Below, one piece after another: positions 30,279 through 40,258 of a stretch of 64,000 nucleotides of DNA (within the stretch, counting starts at the first letter, position 1; each line of letters starts with the position of its first letter). The stretch comes from Fibrobacteria bacterium (GTDB lineage Bacteria > Fibrobacterota > Fibrobacteria > UBA11236). The notes under the pieces were generated by a model that saw only the letters and a program-made list of their open reading frames with translations, had not been told where the DNA came from and did not search any database. Location of the stretch: the NCBI GenBank assembly GCA_043732185.1, contig JAYTHY010000112.1:32001-96000 (forward strand). The letters run 5' to 3'. Position numbers and translations under genes: made by a program.

Positions 30279-32096
30279 GTGAGATTAAAACCGATTTATT
30301 CAACTTGTTTGTGGCTGGGATTGGGCTTGCAGCTTATGGTATCTGAACCGCTGGCACAAACAAATCCACCAGCATTTCCCTTTGCCCATCTGATTCATCC
30401 CGGCTTTGACAATTACGATATCTTGCCTTCCCCTTGGGTGGTCGACCAGTTCAACAAAAACTCGATTGGCGGAATTGCGCTGCTTCCCGATGGCCGCATG
30501 GCCACGACTATTTTTAAGGAATACGGCAATGCCACCAATAGAAATGGCCAGATATTTTTGTTATCCGGAGTATTGACGGCTACAAAACCTAGCGATATCA
30601 CCATGAATCAAATCACGGCTTCTTTGCGCGAACCGTTGGGTGTGACGGTGGTGAACGGAAGCATTTATGTCACCGAAAAGGACCGAATTGGGAAACTGGC
30701 ACCAACTGGAGCGGGCTGGACCTATTCCGTAGAATATGATAAGGCCAACCCAGTGGGTATTCGCGATTATGGACACTGGTTTTCCATGGGTCTGGTTTAT
30801 TATCAAGGTAAATTCAATTGGACCTTGGGTGGATTTCATGCTTACGAACCCGCGGATACCGTCTATACAGCGGCAACGGGTGTCGGCGATCCTGAACCGT
30901 TAAAGCATGGAACCTGGGTCCAGTATGATCCTGTCACCAAAACCCATGAATTCATGGTTCACGGACTCCGGAATACCGGCGGCACATCCCTTGGTCCAGA
31001 TGGAACTATTTGTACTACCGACAATCAAGGCGACTGGGAGCCTTCGGATAAGTTCATTTGCATGGAAAAGGGTCAATGGTATGGCTTTGATGGGCCAAAG
31101 TCACTTGCAAAGCTTCCTGGCCAAGTTGAATACCCGCCTACGGCCTGGGCCGCCCACGATGAAATCAGCAACTCATTGGGGGAATCTGTACTGATCCCAA
31201 AAGGTAAATATGCCGGGCAAATGTTTGTTACGGATATAACCAATGGCATTATTGATCGAGTTTTTCTGGAAAAAGTCAAAGGCCATTGGCAAGGTGCATT
31301 CACTTTTGTTACTGGTGGATTTCGGGCTGGTGCATATAGAATTCTTGTCGCGCCTGATAGCGCAACTCTAATTGTGGCTGGCCTGGGTGGCAGTGCCAGC
31401 AGCGGTGGATGGACATACCTTAAACAGCCCTTATATTCCTGCCTCCACAAATTGGTGCCAAATAAAAAAACGGTTTTGGAAATACTTGCGGTCCGTTCCA
31501 TGGGTCCAACGAAAATGGAAGTGGAATTCACCGAACCGGTTAACCCGGCCGCCGCCCTGGCTACGGGATATAAGATTACCAGTTGGAAGAACATTGCAGG
31601 TCCAGGTTATGGGGAGGGGAATCACTCCCTTCAATTGACACATACGATCACGAATGTCGCTCTTTCACCGGATAATTTAAAGGCCACTTTAACCCTATCG
31701 GGACTGGAAGTGGGCCGCGTAGTTCGTGTTCTAGTGAATCCCGCGGTCAAGGCACTGAGTGGGGACACACTTTTCTTCAAATTCTCTGATTATACGATGA
31801 ATAATTTTGGTCCTGCAGAGCCCGTTTCCTTGGCGCGGATGGTGGGTGGCCAGGAGGTTAAGGCGTTCCAATATTCATTGCAGAAAAATAGCACTGAGGT
31901 GGAATTGAAAATGACAACTTCCGGTGTGTATTCAATTGAAGCCTGGACCATGCAGGGTACTAGGGTGGAAAACATCCGCAAAGAAGGACCCTTTAGTCTG
32001 ACCCTATCCAAGGAAACCTTGGGAACAGGCGTACTGATGCTACGAATCAAGAATGAGGCGGGCCATTCTGTATCGGAAATTATTTCAATGTTGTAA
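30279..32096 (+). CDS. Secreted beta-propeller protein, tandem copy 3
   Basis: GTG start; colinear with copies 1 and 2, with loop insertions. Confidence 0.75.
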   Translation: MRLKPIYSTCLWLGLGLQLMVSEPLAQTNPPAFPFAHLIHPGFDNYDILPSPWVVDQFNKNSIGGIALLPDGRMATTIFKEYGNATNRNGQIFLLSGVLTATKPSDITMNQITASLREPLGVTVVNGSIYVTEKDRIGKLAPTGAGWTYSVEYDKANPVGIRDYGHWFSMGLVYYQGKFNWTLGGFHAYEPADTVYTAATGVGDPEPLKHGTWVQYDPVTKTHEFMVHGLRNTGGTSLGPDGTICTTDNQGDWEPSDKFICMEKGQWYGFDGPKSLAKLPGQVEYPPTAWAAHDEISNSLGESVLIPKGKYAGQMFVTDITNGIIDRVFLEKVKGHWQGAFTFVTGGFRAGAYRILVAPDSATLIVAGLGGSASSGGWTYLKQPLYSCLHKLVPNKKTVLEILAVRSMGPTKMEVEFTEPVNPAAALATGYKITSWKNIAGPGYGEGNHSLQLTHTITNVALSPDNLKATLTLSGLEVGRVVRVLVNPAVKALSGDTLFFKFSDYTMNNFGPAEPVSLARMVGGQEVKAFQYSLQKNSTEVELKMTTSGVYSIEAWTMQGTRVENIRKEGPFSLTLSKETLGTGVLMLRIKNEAGHSVSEIISML

Positions 32097-32264
32097 TGAT
32101 GCAGCCTATCCAAAGGGCTGGAAAATCCAATTATTCTGGTTCAATCCTCAAGCTTTTAGGGAAAACCTCCAGATCGGGGGAGTTCCTTCCAGATTTTAGG
32201 GTGACAAAGGCAGGTATGGCCGGTTAGTTTTTACAGTCCAACCCTGAATTTTTTGGAGCGAACC

Positions 32265-32930
32265 ATGAATTTTAAATTAAAAGCCCTGCCTATGCTTTCA
32301 ACCACGTTTTGTCTTTTCATTGCGACTGTATTGGTCCTTCCTCATGAAACGCATTGTGCACCCTTGCTAATCACCAAAAAAGATTTTTCCATCACCTTTC
32401 AAGATGGCTGGTCGGTATTCTCCTTTCCAGGTATGCCAGTGAACGATAGTGGATTTATAGTCGCAGACACAGGTAGTAATGAAGCAGACGCTTACGGCCA
32501 GGGTCAGAAAATTACAGGTTCACTAACCGCGAAACAAATAGCGGCCATATATACTTCCACTTTTATAATCGATTTTGCGCGCACAGACAGTAGTGATAAG
32601 AAATTAGGAAAGTATACTTTTTCAACGGCTGGATATAAGGATACTTCGGTTACTGGGGATCCTACTAGTCGGATCCGTTTATATGTGACAACGCAGGGCA
32701 ATTATGTATTCATGGCCATAGTTAGCTATAATACCGATACAGGACTTGCTTCTGTTGCTCGTATGGAAACCGCTTTGGCCACGCTCAATATTACCGCATT
32801 AGCTGGTATTCGGAAGCACCTAGCGTTTCGTAACGACCGCTCCCCCAGCACCAACTTCAATATACAGGGCCGGGTCGGGGATTCCCCCTCCAATCGAATT
32901 CTACGCAGTCCAGTCTTCCAAAGGCCATAG
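32265..32930 (+). CDS. Secreted hypothetical protein with basic C-terminal tail
   Basis: GGAG SD before ATG 32265, signal peptide, tail FNIQGR. Confidence 0.65.
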   Translation: MNFKLKALPMLSTTFCLFIATVLVLPHETHCAPLLITKKDFSITFQDGWSVFSFPGMPVNDSGFIVADTGSNEADAYGQGQKITGSLTAKQIAAIYTSTFIIDFARTDSSDKKLGKYTFSTAGYKDTSVTGDPTSRIRLYVTTQGNYVFMAIVSYNTDTGLASVARMETALATLNITALAGIRKHLAFRNDRSPSTNFNIQGRVGDSPSNRILRSPVFQRP

Positions 32931-32952
32931 CGCCGAAAACCCCTATTTGACC

Positions 32953-32982
32953 TTGGCATAAGCCAGTCCCTTGTCCTATAAT
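32953..32982 (+). promoter_or_regulatory. Putative sigma70 promoter
   Basis: TTGGCA-18 nt-TATAAT upstream of the cNMP-FHA gene. Confidence 0.4.
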
Positions 32983-32986
32983 CTTT

Positions 32987-33895
32987 TTGCCAATTGGGCA
33001 AAAAATTAATGGGGAGGGTGGTATCGTCACTTTGCGACAGTTCGCGGCCAATGAGGTGATCATTCATGAGAATGAGCCTGGTGAGTTTGCCTACATCATC
33101 GAAAAAGGCTTGGTGGAAATAACCAAAATTTTAGAGGGAAAGCAGGTGCATATCGCCAGGTTGGAAAAAGGTGCAGCCTTTGGTGAAATGAGCCTGATTG
33201 ACGAAATGCCGCGTAGCGCAACGGTTACGGCTCGAGAAGAAACCTTGGTGCGTGAAATCCACCGCGACGATCTTTATAACACCATGAAGGACCATCCAGA
33301 AGCCGTCATGGTAATCTTGAAAAGGATTTTTGAACGCCTGCGTGAATCGAACATGCAATTGGTGCAAGCCCGACTCCAGACACAAAAAAATCAGCAGCCT
33401 ATGAATGATCCCAGTTTTACAAGTGCAGGATCAGGAGCGGAAACGGAAGCGGGACTAGCATCTGGATCAAGAATTTCCGGAGATGTCATAAATGTTCCGG
33501 ATGTGGCCACAATGCAGACTGTTTGTTTATTGGAAGGCATAACTATCGAGGCTGCCGATGCCATGCCGCAAAACCCATTAAGTTTTGGGATTTTCCCCTT
33601 TAAGATTGGACGAAAGAGTCGAGATCCTATCGTCAGCAATCATTTGGAAATCGAAGATCGGGCGCCGCTGCAGGTTTCCCGGCACCATGTCAGTATCGTA
33701 AAAGTCGGGGACAAAATTGGCGTGGTGGATCGTGGCAGCCAATTGGGCGCCTCAGTGGATGGCGTTCGAATTGGCGGGAACGCCAGCCCTGGCCCAGTAT
33801 TTTTTCAAGGCAGGGAAGGGCTGTTGGTCCTTGGCCCCGAAACGTCTCCTTACCGATTCAAAATCAGCCTGAACGGGTCTCCAGGCCAATCTTAA
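32987..33895 (+). CDS. Cyclic nucleotide-binding domain + FHA domain protein
   Basis: AYIIEKGLVEI, FGEMSLIDEMPRSATV (cNMP); FKIGR, VSRHH, DRGSQLG (FHA); true start probably slightly downstream. Confidence 0.85.
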   Translation: MPIGQKINGEGGIVTLRQFAANEVIIHENEPGEFAYIIEKGLVEITKILEGKQVHIARLEKGAAFGEMSLIDEMPRSATVTAREETLVREIHRDDLYNTMKDHPEAVMVILKRIFERLRESNMQLVQARLQTQKNQQPMNDPSFTSAGSGAETEAGLASGSRISGDVINVPDVATMQTVCLLEGITIEAADAMPQNPLSFGIFPFKIGRKSRDPIVSNHLEIEDRAPLQVSRHHVSIVKVGDKIGVVDRGSQLGASVDGVRIGGNASPGPVFFQGREGLLVLGPETSPYRFKISLNGSPGQS

Positions 33896-33901
33896 TCTGA
33901 A

Positions 33902-35086
33902 CTACCAGACTACTGCTACGGTTAAACCAAAAGCCAAGCCGCTGGACACGTAATACATTACGGGAATATCGAGTTTAACGGGACCTACGCCTATACCGAG
34001 TCCGCTCATGACGCGCAGTCGGGCAAAGGACGGTCCATTATTGCTGCTGCCATCTATTTTGACATCGGCGGGATTGAATTTTGCCTTAGTTGTATCGGTC
34101 TTGATAGTGGCCTTGGCCAAGCCTTCCAATACGATTTTATTTGATCCGAAATTCATGTCAAAGCCCACGCCGGCCGTTACATTTATCAAACCCCAAAGAA
34201 CGCTGACGGCAGTTACCGCATCAACAGGTATGGTATAGGTGGATACTTCCTGGCCCATGTTAAAGCTAGGGATAAGATTTATGCCTGGGTCGTTGGTAAA
34301 ACCCAGTTGGTCTAGAAAAACTTTTCGGGCGGTAGAATCTGAACTGGAGGTTGCGGCCCCAAGCAAGTCCTTTCCAAATGGAATCGCATTTTGAATGGTA
34401 TCGGCTTTAATTAAGAAATTGATTTTCTCGCTTTGCATGTACAGGCCAGATCCGATGGAAATACCACGCCACTTGATCAAGCCCACCAGGCTCTTTGTAT
34501 CCAGCAAACGGTAATTGAGGCCCATGCCCATGACTTTGAAATCCAATCCAAACCCATTACGATTTATTTTTGCTCCGCCGTATTTTGCATTAGCGTAAAG
34601 GCCCGGCATGAGAAACCCAGCATTGATGCCGACATTTAGGTAGGTAATGCCGATGCCGAGACCTGCATACACATCTCCCTTCCGAGTGATTTCATCACCA
34701 ATTTTACTGTAGTAACTTAAACTGGTGCTGGGCGCCTGTACGCCCACCATAAGTCCCGTAGCCACTGCAAAGAGTGAATAATTTTGAAACCCTTGTAAGG
34801 TAGCCGAATTCATAGAATAAGCGTTGGCATTGGCAAATCCTTGGGCGAGATCTTTTTGCTGTTTGTATTTCGACAGGTTTTTTCTGGCAGTGTCAAGTGT
34901 GCTGGTAAAGGACTTGGCCAAAGTGATGTTCAGGTTATTCCTAAATTGGGCTAATTGAGGGTTCGCATTTGCGGCATCATTCACAATGACCAGCACAGGG
35001 GGATTTCCGGTAATATCGAGACTTTTTCCAATAGAAAAAAGGCCAAGCAATGCAGTTAAAAAAAGACCATAAAATCTAGTTTCCAT
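33902..35086 (-). CDS. Putative outer-membrane/surface protein, uncharacterised
   Basis: Signal peptide from ATG 35086; Gly-rich amphipathic strands; C-terminal LAFGLTVAVVW. Confidence 0.6.
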   Translation of the reverse strand: METRFYGLFLTALLGLFSIGKSLDITGNPPVLVIVNDAANANPQLAQFRNNLNITLAKSFTSTLDTARKNLSKYKQQKDLAQGFANANAYSMNSATLQGFQNYSLFAVATGLMVGVQAPSTSLSYYSKIGDEITRKGDVYAGLGIGITYLNVGINAGFLMPGLYANAKYGGAKINRNGFGLDFKVMGMGLNYRLLDTKSLVGLIKWRGISIGSGLYMQSEKINFLIKADTIQNAIPFGKDLLGAATSSSDSTARKVFLDQLGFTNDPGINLIPSFNMGQEVSTYTIPVDAVTAVSVLWGLINVTAGVGFDMNFGSNKIVLEGLAKATIKTDTTKAKFNPADVKIDGSSNNGPSFARLRVMSGLGIGVGPVKLDIPVMYYVSSGLAFGLTVAVVW

Positions 35087-35206
35087 GGATTGTCCTATTG
35101 TGAAAAGTGAAGAAAAGCAGTCCCATAAAATGCAGATAAGGTACAGCCCCCGCATTTTTCTGATTATAGCACCACATTACTGCCAATTTCCAATATGGAA
35201 ATTGGA

Positions 35207-36385
35207 TTACTGAGCAGGCAAGTCCACTATTTGCCAGCCCTTTGCGCCAAATCTCAAGTCCCGTTCCACAAACGTCCACACCACTAATTTCTTTTGCATT
35301 AGCAGATCACCCCGACGTGACAATAGTTGACGCACGACCGTGGATGCTCCGCCATCATTGACCAACGAGGTCAAGGGGCGATTGAGTCGGTACGCCAGGT
35401 GTGCAATGATACCGGAACTGGTGGGCTCATCGGTTTGGTAGATGCGAGAGAAGCTGTCTCCCAGCCACAAGATCGGGGAAAGTGTGTCGTCTTGATACGG
35501 CAGACTGGTCTGGAGGTCGAGAACTTTTCGAATAGACATATTTTCTTTTTCCCAAATGCTTTTGCGATTGGGAACTTTAGTCATCTCCGCAATATCGCCC
35601 CATCTTTCCACCGAAGTGTTTTTCAACGCATAGCGAGGATGCCAAGATCTATTGGGGTAAAGCCCAAACCCCAATTTTCGAATTTTTGTCGCAATGATTT
35701 CTGCGGCCACTTCCATTCCATGGGGAGACCAATGGGTATCGCGCATCAAGTACAGTGGCGGTCCACCTTGGGTTTTGGCTACAAGCATGGGTGTAAAAAG
35801 ATCCACGGTTTGGACGTTGTGATTTTTCAAATCTTCCAGTAGAACTAGGCTAGGGGAAACGGGTTGTCCGGAAAAACCTTTCCAGAGTTTTTCTGGATAG
35901 ATGCTTGGCTTGCCTGGAATGGGAATAATGAGCAACTCAATGCCACGCGCTTTTAATCGGTTCCGGAAATCCAAGATCGCATAAAGTGGGTTGCGTAAAT
36001 TAATCCGTTTGCCATTTAGCAATGAGTCGAAAGTGCCTTTATAAAACCGTGCATCGGTATAAGGGGGTTGGAGCAGATAGTCCGCATCCTGATTGTAGAA
36101 AAGCCAGCCGTCTTCGCCCGGTAGGGACTTGGGGGCCATCTCACCAAAAAATTGAAATCTCAATTGCAGAGTTCGAGGTCGGAGCCATTTGGAAAAGAGG
36201 CTGCGGTCCTTGGCGTTATCATCCCAGCGGTGTAAGCTGGCCTTGGTGGGAAGGGTTTTTAATAGTTCGAATAGATACGGGCTTTCTTTTTCAACCGCAA
36301 CCTCATAGCAAACTTGGAACAGTGGAATGCCGGCGCAAACTAAAAGTAAGCTTGCAACTATTGTCCACTCCAGTTTACGCAGCAT
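35207..36385 (-). CDS. AlgX/AlgJ-like SGNH O-acetyltransferase
   Basis: GEDGWLFY, IPGKPSIYPE, DTHWS, LGDSF (permuted SGNH order). Confidence 0.85.
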   Translation of the reverse strand: MLRKLEWTIVASLLLVCAGIPLFQVCYEVAVEKESPYLFELLKTLPTKASLHRWDDNAKDRSLFSKWLRPRTLQLRFQFFGEMAPKSLPGEDGWLFYNQDADYLLQPPYTDARFYKGTFDSLLNGKRINLRNPLYAILDFRNRLKARGIELLIIPIPGKPSIYPEKLWKGFSGQPVSPSLVLLEDLKNHNVQTVDLFTPMLVAKTQGGPPLYLMRDTHWSPHGMEVAAEIIATKIRKLGFGLYPNRSWHPRYALKNTSVERWGDIAEMTKVPNRKSIWEKENMSIRKVLDLQTSLPYQDDTLSPILWLGDSFSRIYQTDEPTSSGIIAHLAYRLNRPLTSLVNDGGASTVVRQLLSRRGDLLMQKKLVVWTFVERDLRFGAKGWQIVDLPAQ

Positions 36386-36388
36386 GAT

Positions 36389-37822
36389 TCAGAATTGGAA
36401 ATACAAAAAGGGGTTGAAACTTTGCGTATACATCATTACTACGGCGAATAAAAACAGGCCGAAAGCTAATGCCGATTTCCCCCAGGTTAGGCGCGCGCCA
36501 AATTCATAACTCTGTACAGGTTGGTATATGGCAATCGCGCAAAGGGCCATGTTCAATAGATTGTTAAAGTGATACACCTCGGCATGCAAAAGACCCGCGA
36601 AGGGGCTAGCCGTTTTCCAGCCGAACATACAGCCCAAGTACTGGAAGGCATGGGGGAGGCCATCGGCGCGGAAAAAAACCCAGGTGATGAGCACAACCAA
36701 AAAAGTGAATGCCACGCGAACTGAATGTGGCATCTTGGCATAAATTGGTTTTTTACCACCCCAGCGTTCTAGGCCAAGCATCAGTCCATGGATAGCCCCC
36801 CAAAAGATAAACTGCCATTGTGCGCCATGCCAAAACCCACCCAAGAGCATGACCAAGGCTAGGTTGATATAAGTGCGACGCTCACCCTTGCGGTTGCCGC
36901 CTAAGGGAACATATAGGTAGTCGCGCAACCAGGTGGACAGGGAAATATGCCAGCGCCGCCAGAAATCCGTAATGCTGTCTGCATGGTAAGGTGCATTGAA
37001 ATTTCGAATAAGTTCGAACCCAAATAGCATGCCTAGGCCTAAGGCCATCAGGGAATATCCATTGAAGTCGAAATAGATTTGAAAGGCATAGGCGAGTACG
37101 CCCCACCACGCTTCGAGGGGGTGCGGGCTCTGAGCGGCGAATACGGCATCGGCTATTTTTCCTACAGGGTTGGCCAACAGAATTTTCATTGAGAAGCCGA
37201 TGAAAAACAGGATGGCTCCGCGCGCGAAAAGCTGCACGCTATGGGTACGCGAATGCAGTTGAACCGCGAGAACTTTGTAGCGCAGGATGGGCCCGGCTAC
37301 CAATTGCGGGAAAAGGGAGACGAAGGCGGAAAAATCCGCGAAGGAGCGCACAGGTTTTTCGCCTCGATAGACATCGATCACATAACTCATGCTGTGGAAG
37401 GTATAGAAGGAGATGCCGATGGGGAAAGCGATTTGTAAAACGCTGAAGGTGGGTTGTCCGACGGCTTCGAGCAAGTGGTTGAGATTGATCTGGGTGAATA
37501 CGCCATACTTGAACAGGCCGAGCAAACCAAGGTTTGAAATCATGGAAATAGTAACAGCCAGCTGGCGATGCCGCACATGCAGGTTGGGGCGGCCCAAGTA
37601 AAGTCCGCAGCCATAGTCGAAAACATTGGTGAAAAGCATCGGGAAGACAAACCAAGGTTCAAACCACGCGTAAAATGCATAGCCCATAAAGGTCAGCCAA
37701 AGATTGCGCATCCAGAAACGGGATTTTCCCAAAGCTGGATTTTTTTGGAATGGAATCAGGTAATAAATGGCCAGGGTTAGCGGTAGGAAATAGAAAAGGA
37801 AAATGTCTTCCGTGAAAACCAT
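36389..37822 (-). CDS. MBOAT family O-acyltransferase (AlgI/PatA-like)
   Basis: PIGISFYTF, FPQLVAGPI, QIYFDF.GYS, FWRRWHISLS.WLRDYLY, GFWHGA. Confidence 0.93.
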   Translation of the reverse strand: MVFTEDIFLFYFLPLTLAIYYLIPFQKNPALGKSRFWMRNLWLTFMGYAFYAWFEPWFVFPMLFTNVFDYGCGLYLGRPNLHVRHRQLAVTISMISNLGLLGLFKYGVFTQINLNHLLEAVGQPTFSVLQIAFPIGISFYTFHSMSYVIDVYRGEKPVRSFADFSAFVSLFPQLVAGPILRYKVLAVQLHSRTHSVQLFARGAILFFIGFSMKILLANPVGKIADAVFAAQSPHPLEAWWGVLAYAFQIYFDFNGYSLMALGLGMLFGFELIRNFNAPYHADSITDFWRRWHISLSTWLRDYLYVPLGGNRKGERRTYINLALVMLLGGFWHGAQWQFIFWGAIHGLMLGLERWGGKKPIYAKMPHSVRVAFTFLVVLITWVFFRADGLPHAFQYLGCMFGWKTASPFAGLLHAEVYHFNNLLNMALCAIAIYQPVQSYEFGARLTWGKSALAFGLFLFAVVMMYTQSFNPFLYFQF

Positions 37823-37841
37823 AGGATTCTAAAACAGTGTC

Positions 37842-38921
37842 CTATTCGAACCAAATGTCCGGCCACCGATCATTACCCGTATGGTAAGTGAGGCGCGCCG
37901 ATTTTTCAAATGGATCGCCAATCTTCCAGAGTTGCACTTCATAATCGGCGAGATCGTGATCATGGCCTCTTTGCGTCGCACACCAGATGAGAAAGTCCCC
38001 TTTTGGCGAAAGCCTGGGAAAATATTCATGCGATCTACGGCCGGGAAGATCCATGAACACGATATTCTTGCCGTCTATTTTTCCACCATCAATTTTGCCA
38101 TGCGTTCCGTCCTCATTGAGGTCGAAGGCGAAGATGGATGTGCCACCGAGGCCGGTTTCGTTAACACGGATACACCGGTGGGAATTCGGGAAAAAGCTGA
38201 ACTGGCAGCCTCCTCCTGAGGTAAAATAATGGTGGGTCGAAAGATTTAAAATGCCCGTCTCTCGTGAACTCCCCCGCAATGTTAGAGCTAAAAATCGACC
38301 GTCATCGGATAGGGAAGGGTGCTGGGCCAATCCGCCTTTCCAATCTTTGTCTCCGTCCGCGAGCAAGACTTCGCCACTTCCGTCTGGATTGCATTTGAAT
38401 ACCTTGGGGCCGCGTGAAAATACAATGGCTTTGCCATCCCGAGTCCAGCATGCCCACGTTGAGTTTGGAATAAGCAGGTGCTCCTCGCTGCCATCCGTAT
38501 GGATGACAAACGTGTCCCAGCGCTCTGGGTAGTTGGCGTCCGTTTCAATGGTCCAATCCAACTTTGAACGTGTGAACAAAACCAATTTTCCATCTGGTGA
38601 AAATCGGGAATACCAATCGGTTTTAGGGCCTTTAGTAAGAGGATGGGAATCGGTTCCATCGATATTCATAATATAAATATCGTGATTGGCATCACGGGAA
38701 GTAGACCAAATGATTTTGCCCTTGAGGTTTTGAGTCAATGCCTTTTGGGCGGCTTGCTCTTCCGGTTCAGGTGTTACGGGTCGGCCCCTGGGCGGCTCGG
38801 CTGCGATCATTTGGACAAATCCGGAAAACAGGAGAAAGAGCAACAGGAATGGGCATGAATGGAAGGCACGGATAATGGCGGGTATTTTAAGGACGCACTT
38901 ATTAGAGCTGAAATTCAACAT
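37842..38921 (-). CDS. TolB-like (PD40 repeat) beta-propeller protein
   Basis: DIYIMNIDG, RFSPDGK, PRLSPKG, RLTYHTGNDRWPD. Confidence 0.8.
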   Translation of the reverse strand: MLNFSSNKCVLKIPAIIRAFHSCPFLLLFLLFSGFVQMIAAEPPRGRPVTPEPEEQAAQKALTQNLKGKIIWSTSRDANHDIYIMNIDGTDSHPLTKGPKTDWYSRFSPDGKLVLFTRSKLDWTIETDANYPERWDTFVIHTDGSEEHLLIPNSTWACWTRDGKAIVFSRGPKVFKCNPDGSGEVLLADGDKDWKGGLAQHPSLSDDGRFLALTLRGSSRETGILNLSTHHYFTSGGGCQFSFFPNSHRCIRVNETGLGGTSIFAFDLNEDGTHGKIDGGKIDGKNIVFMDLPGRRSHEYFPRLSPKGDFLIWCATQRGHDHDLADYEVQLWKIGDPFEKSARLTYHTGNDRWPDIWFE

Positions 38922-39014
38922 GTCATCTCCTACCCGAGGCTATTTTAAAAGTATAGAATTTGATCGAGATGGAAAGGATTTAGGTTAAGATCTCTTTCTA
39001 TTTTAGGGAGTCGA

Positions 39015-40223
39015 ATGCAGTTTTTCCTACGTCAAATGTTGTCTCTCCCCTGTATATTCTGTGTCATTGCCTGTAATAATCCAGGATCCGGTCCCGTTTA
39101 CTTTCCTCCGAATCCTTGCGAAAATCCATCTGAATTGGCGCTGCCACCAATTGCCGTAACAACGCATACACATCCAATAAGGGTGAGCGGCAGCTTCATT
39201 ACCTTGTCAGGCATGCACTGGGCTCCAGTCGATTCAGTGCGGGCTTTTTTCGGAGGCAAAGCTGTCAAGCTTGTGTTTACATTGAACCGGCAATTGTATT
39301 TAGTGGATTACACAGGTACTGAAGCCACAGTGACGCGTATTTCGCATGACGATGAAAGCTTAACAGGGGCATTGGGGTCTATCAATAGCCCACTGTTTTC
39401 CCCTGATGGAAAAAAGATTGTATACGCTGGAACTACCCGTGGCCAACCTGCTTTCATTTTGGATGCTGTGCCAGGTGGACAGGAGGCCTGGCGCGTTCCT
39501 CTCGACCCCAAAGCCCATGTGACGGCCGATCCACATTGGCATAGTGAAGGGGGTAAGACCTGGATTTATTTTGCCACGCTGGCCGGCTTGGTCAATTATT
39601 CAAGTTCCTGTGGGCAGATAAACGGCAGTACCTACAGAGTGGAAGTTCTGGGTGATACGCTACTTGGTCCCATTGATACTTCCGGCATCCCGGGTGCTTA
39701 TCGTGGTGGGCTGTCTTTGGATGGGGAATGGGCTGGTACCTCATATGCTACCTCGGCTTTGTATAACCGTATGGAAAGAAATACGCGAACCCTGGCGAAT
39801 GGTGAACAACAATGCAATCCATCCATGAATCCCTTTCCCATAGGCAGTTTCCATTCGGATTATATGATGATTTTGGCTTTCGGCGGTGTGTACTATAGAA
39901 CCATAACCGGAGACAGTATAACAGAAGGATTACATGAGAATCTATGGATATATAACCGCAATGACTTGATAGTATGGCAGGCCAAACGGACCGACGAAAC
40001 ATATTACCTGCGATGGGATAAACCGGAATGGTCTACCCATCCGCAATATGCAACGGCAGTGGCGCTTCAAAGGGTTAGCGGCGACGGCGACCTGTTTGTG
40101 ATCAGAATCGGGGATTTGGCCAATGCCACGGAAGGTGCCCTCAACCAAGCACAAGGCTATTTAAAAATCGGATCCGGCGGATTTACCAGTGATTCCTACT
40201 CGCACCTCTGGGTGGCCCCTTAA
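39015..40223 (+). CDS. Lipoprotein with TolB-like propeller, resembling part of Fibrobacter TIGR02171-type proteins
   Basis: Lipobox VIAC, SPLFSPDGKK, AYRGGLS, NGEQQCN, WDKPEWS. Confidence 0.6.
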   Translation: MQFFLRQMLSLPCIFCVIACNNPGSGPVYFPPNPCENPSELALPPIAVTTHTHPIRVSGSFITLSGMHWAPVDSVRAFFGGKAVKLVFTLNRQLYLVDYTGTEATVTRISHDDESLTGALGSINSPLFSPDGKKIVYAGTTRGQPAFILDAVPGGQEAWRVPLDPKAHVTADPHWHSEGGKTWIYFATLAGLVNYSSSCGQINGSTYRVEVLGDTLLGPIDTSGIPGAYRGGLSLDGEWAGTSYATSALYNRMERNTRTLANGEQQCNPSMNPFPIGSFHSDYMMILAFGGVYYRTITGDSITEGLHENLWIYNRNDLIVWQAKRTDETYYLRWDKPEWSTHPQYATAVALQRVSGDGDLFVIRIGDLANATEGALNQAQGYLKIGSGGFTSDSYSHLWVAP

Positions 40224-40258
40224 AGGGCAGGCCCATGCACTCAAAGGAAGATTGAAGC

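Noticed and set aside
26606..32096. Diversity-generating retroelement as the source of paralog variation
   Set aside because: No reverse transcriptase and no template/variable repeat pair; differences include indels and are not adenine-restricted
35207..37822. Calling these genes alginate biosynthesis algI/algJ
   Set aside because: No alginate polymerase, epimerase or export genes nearby; the families act on several polymers
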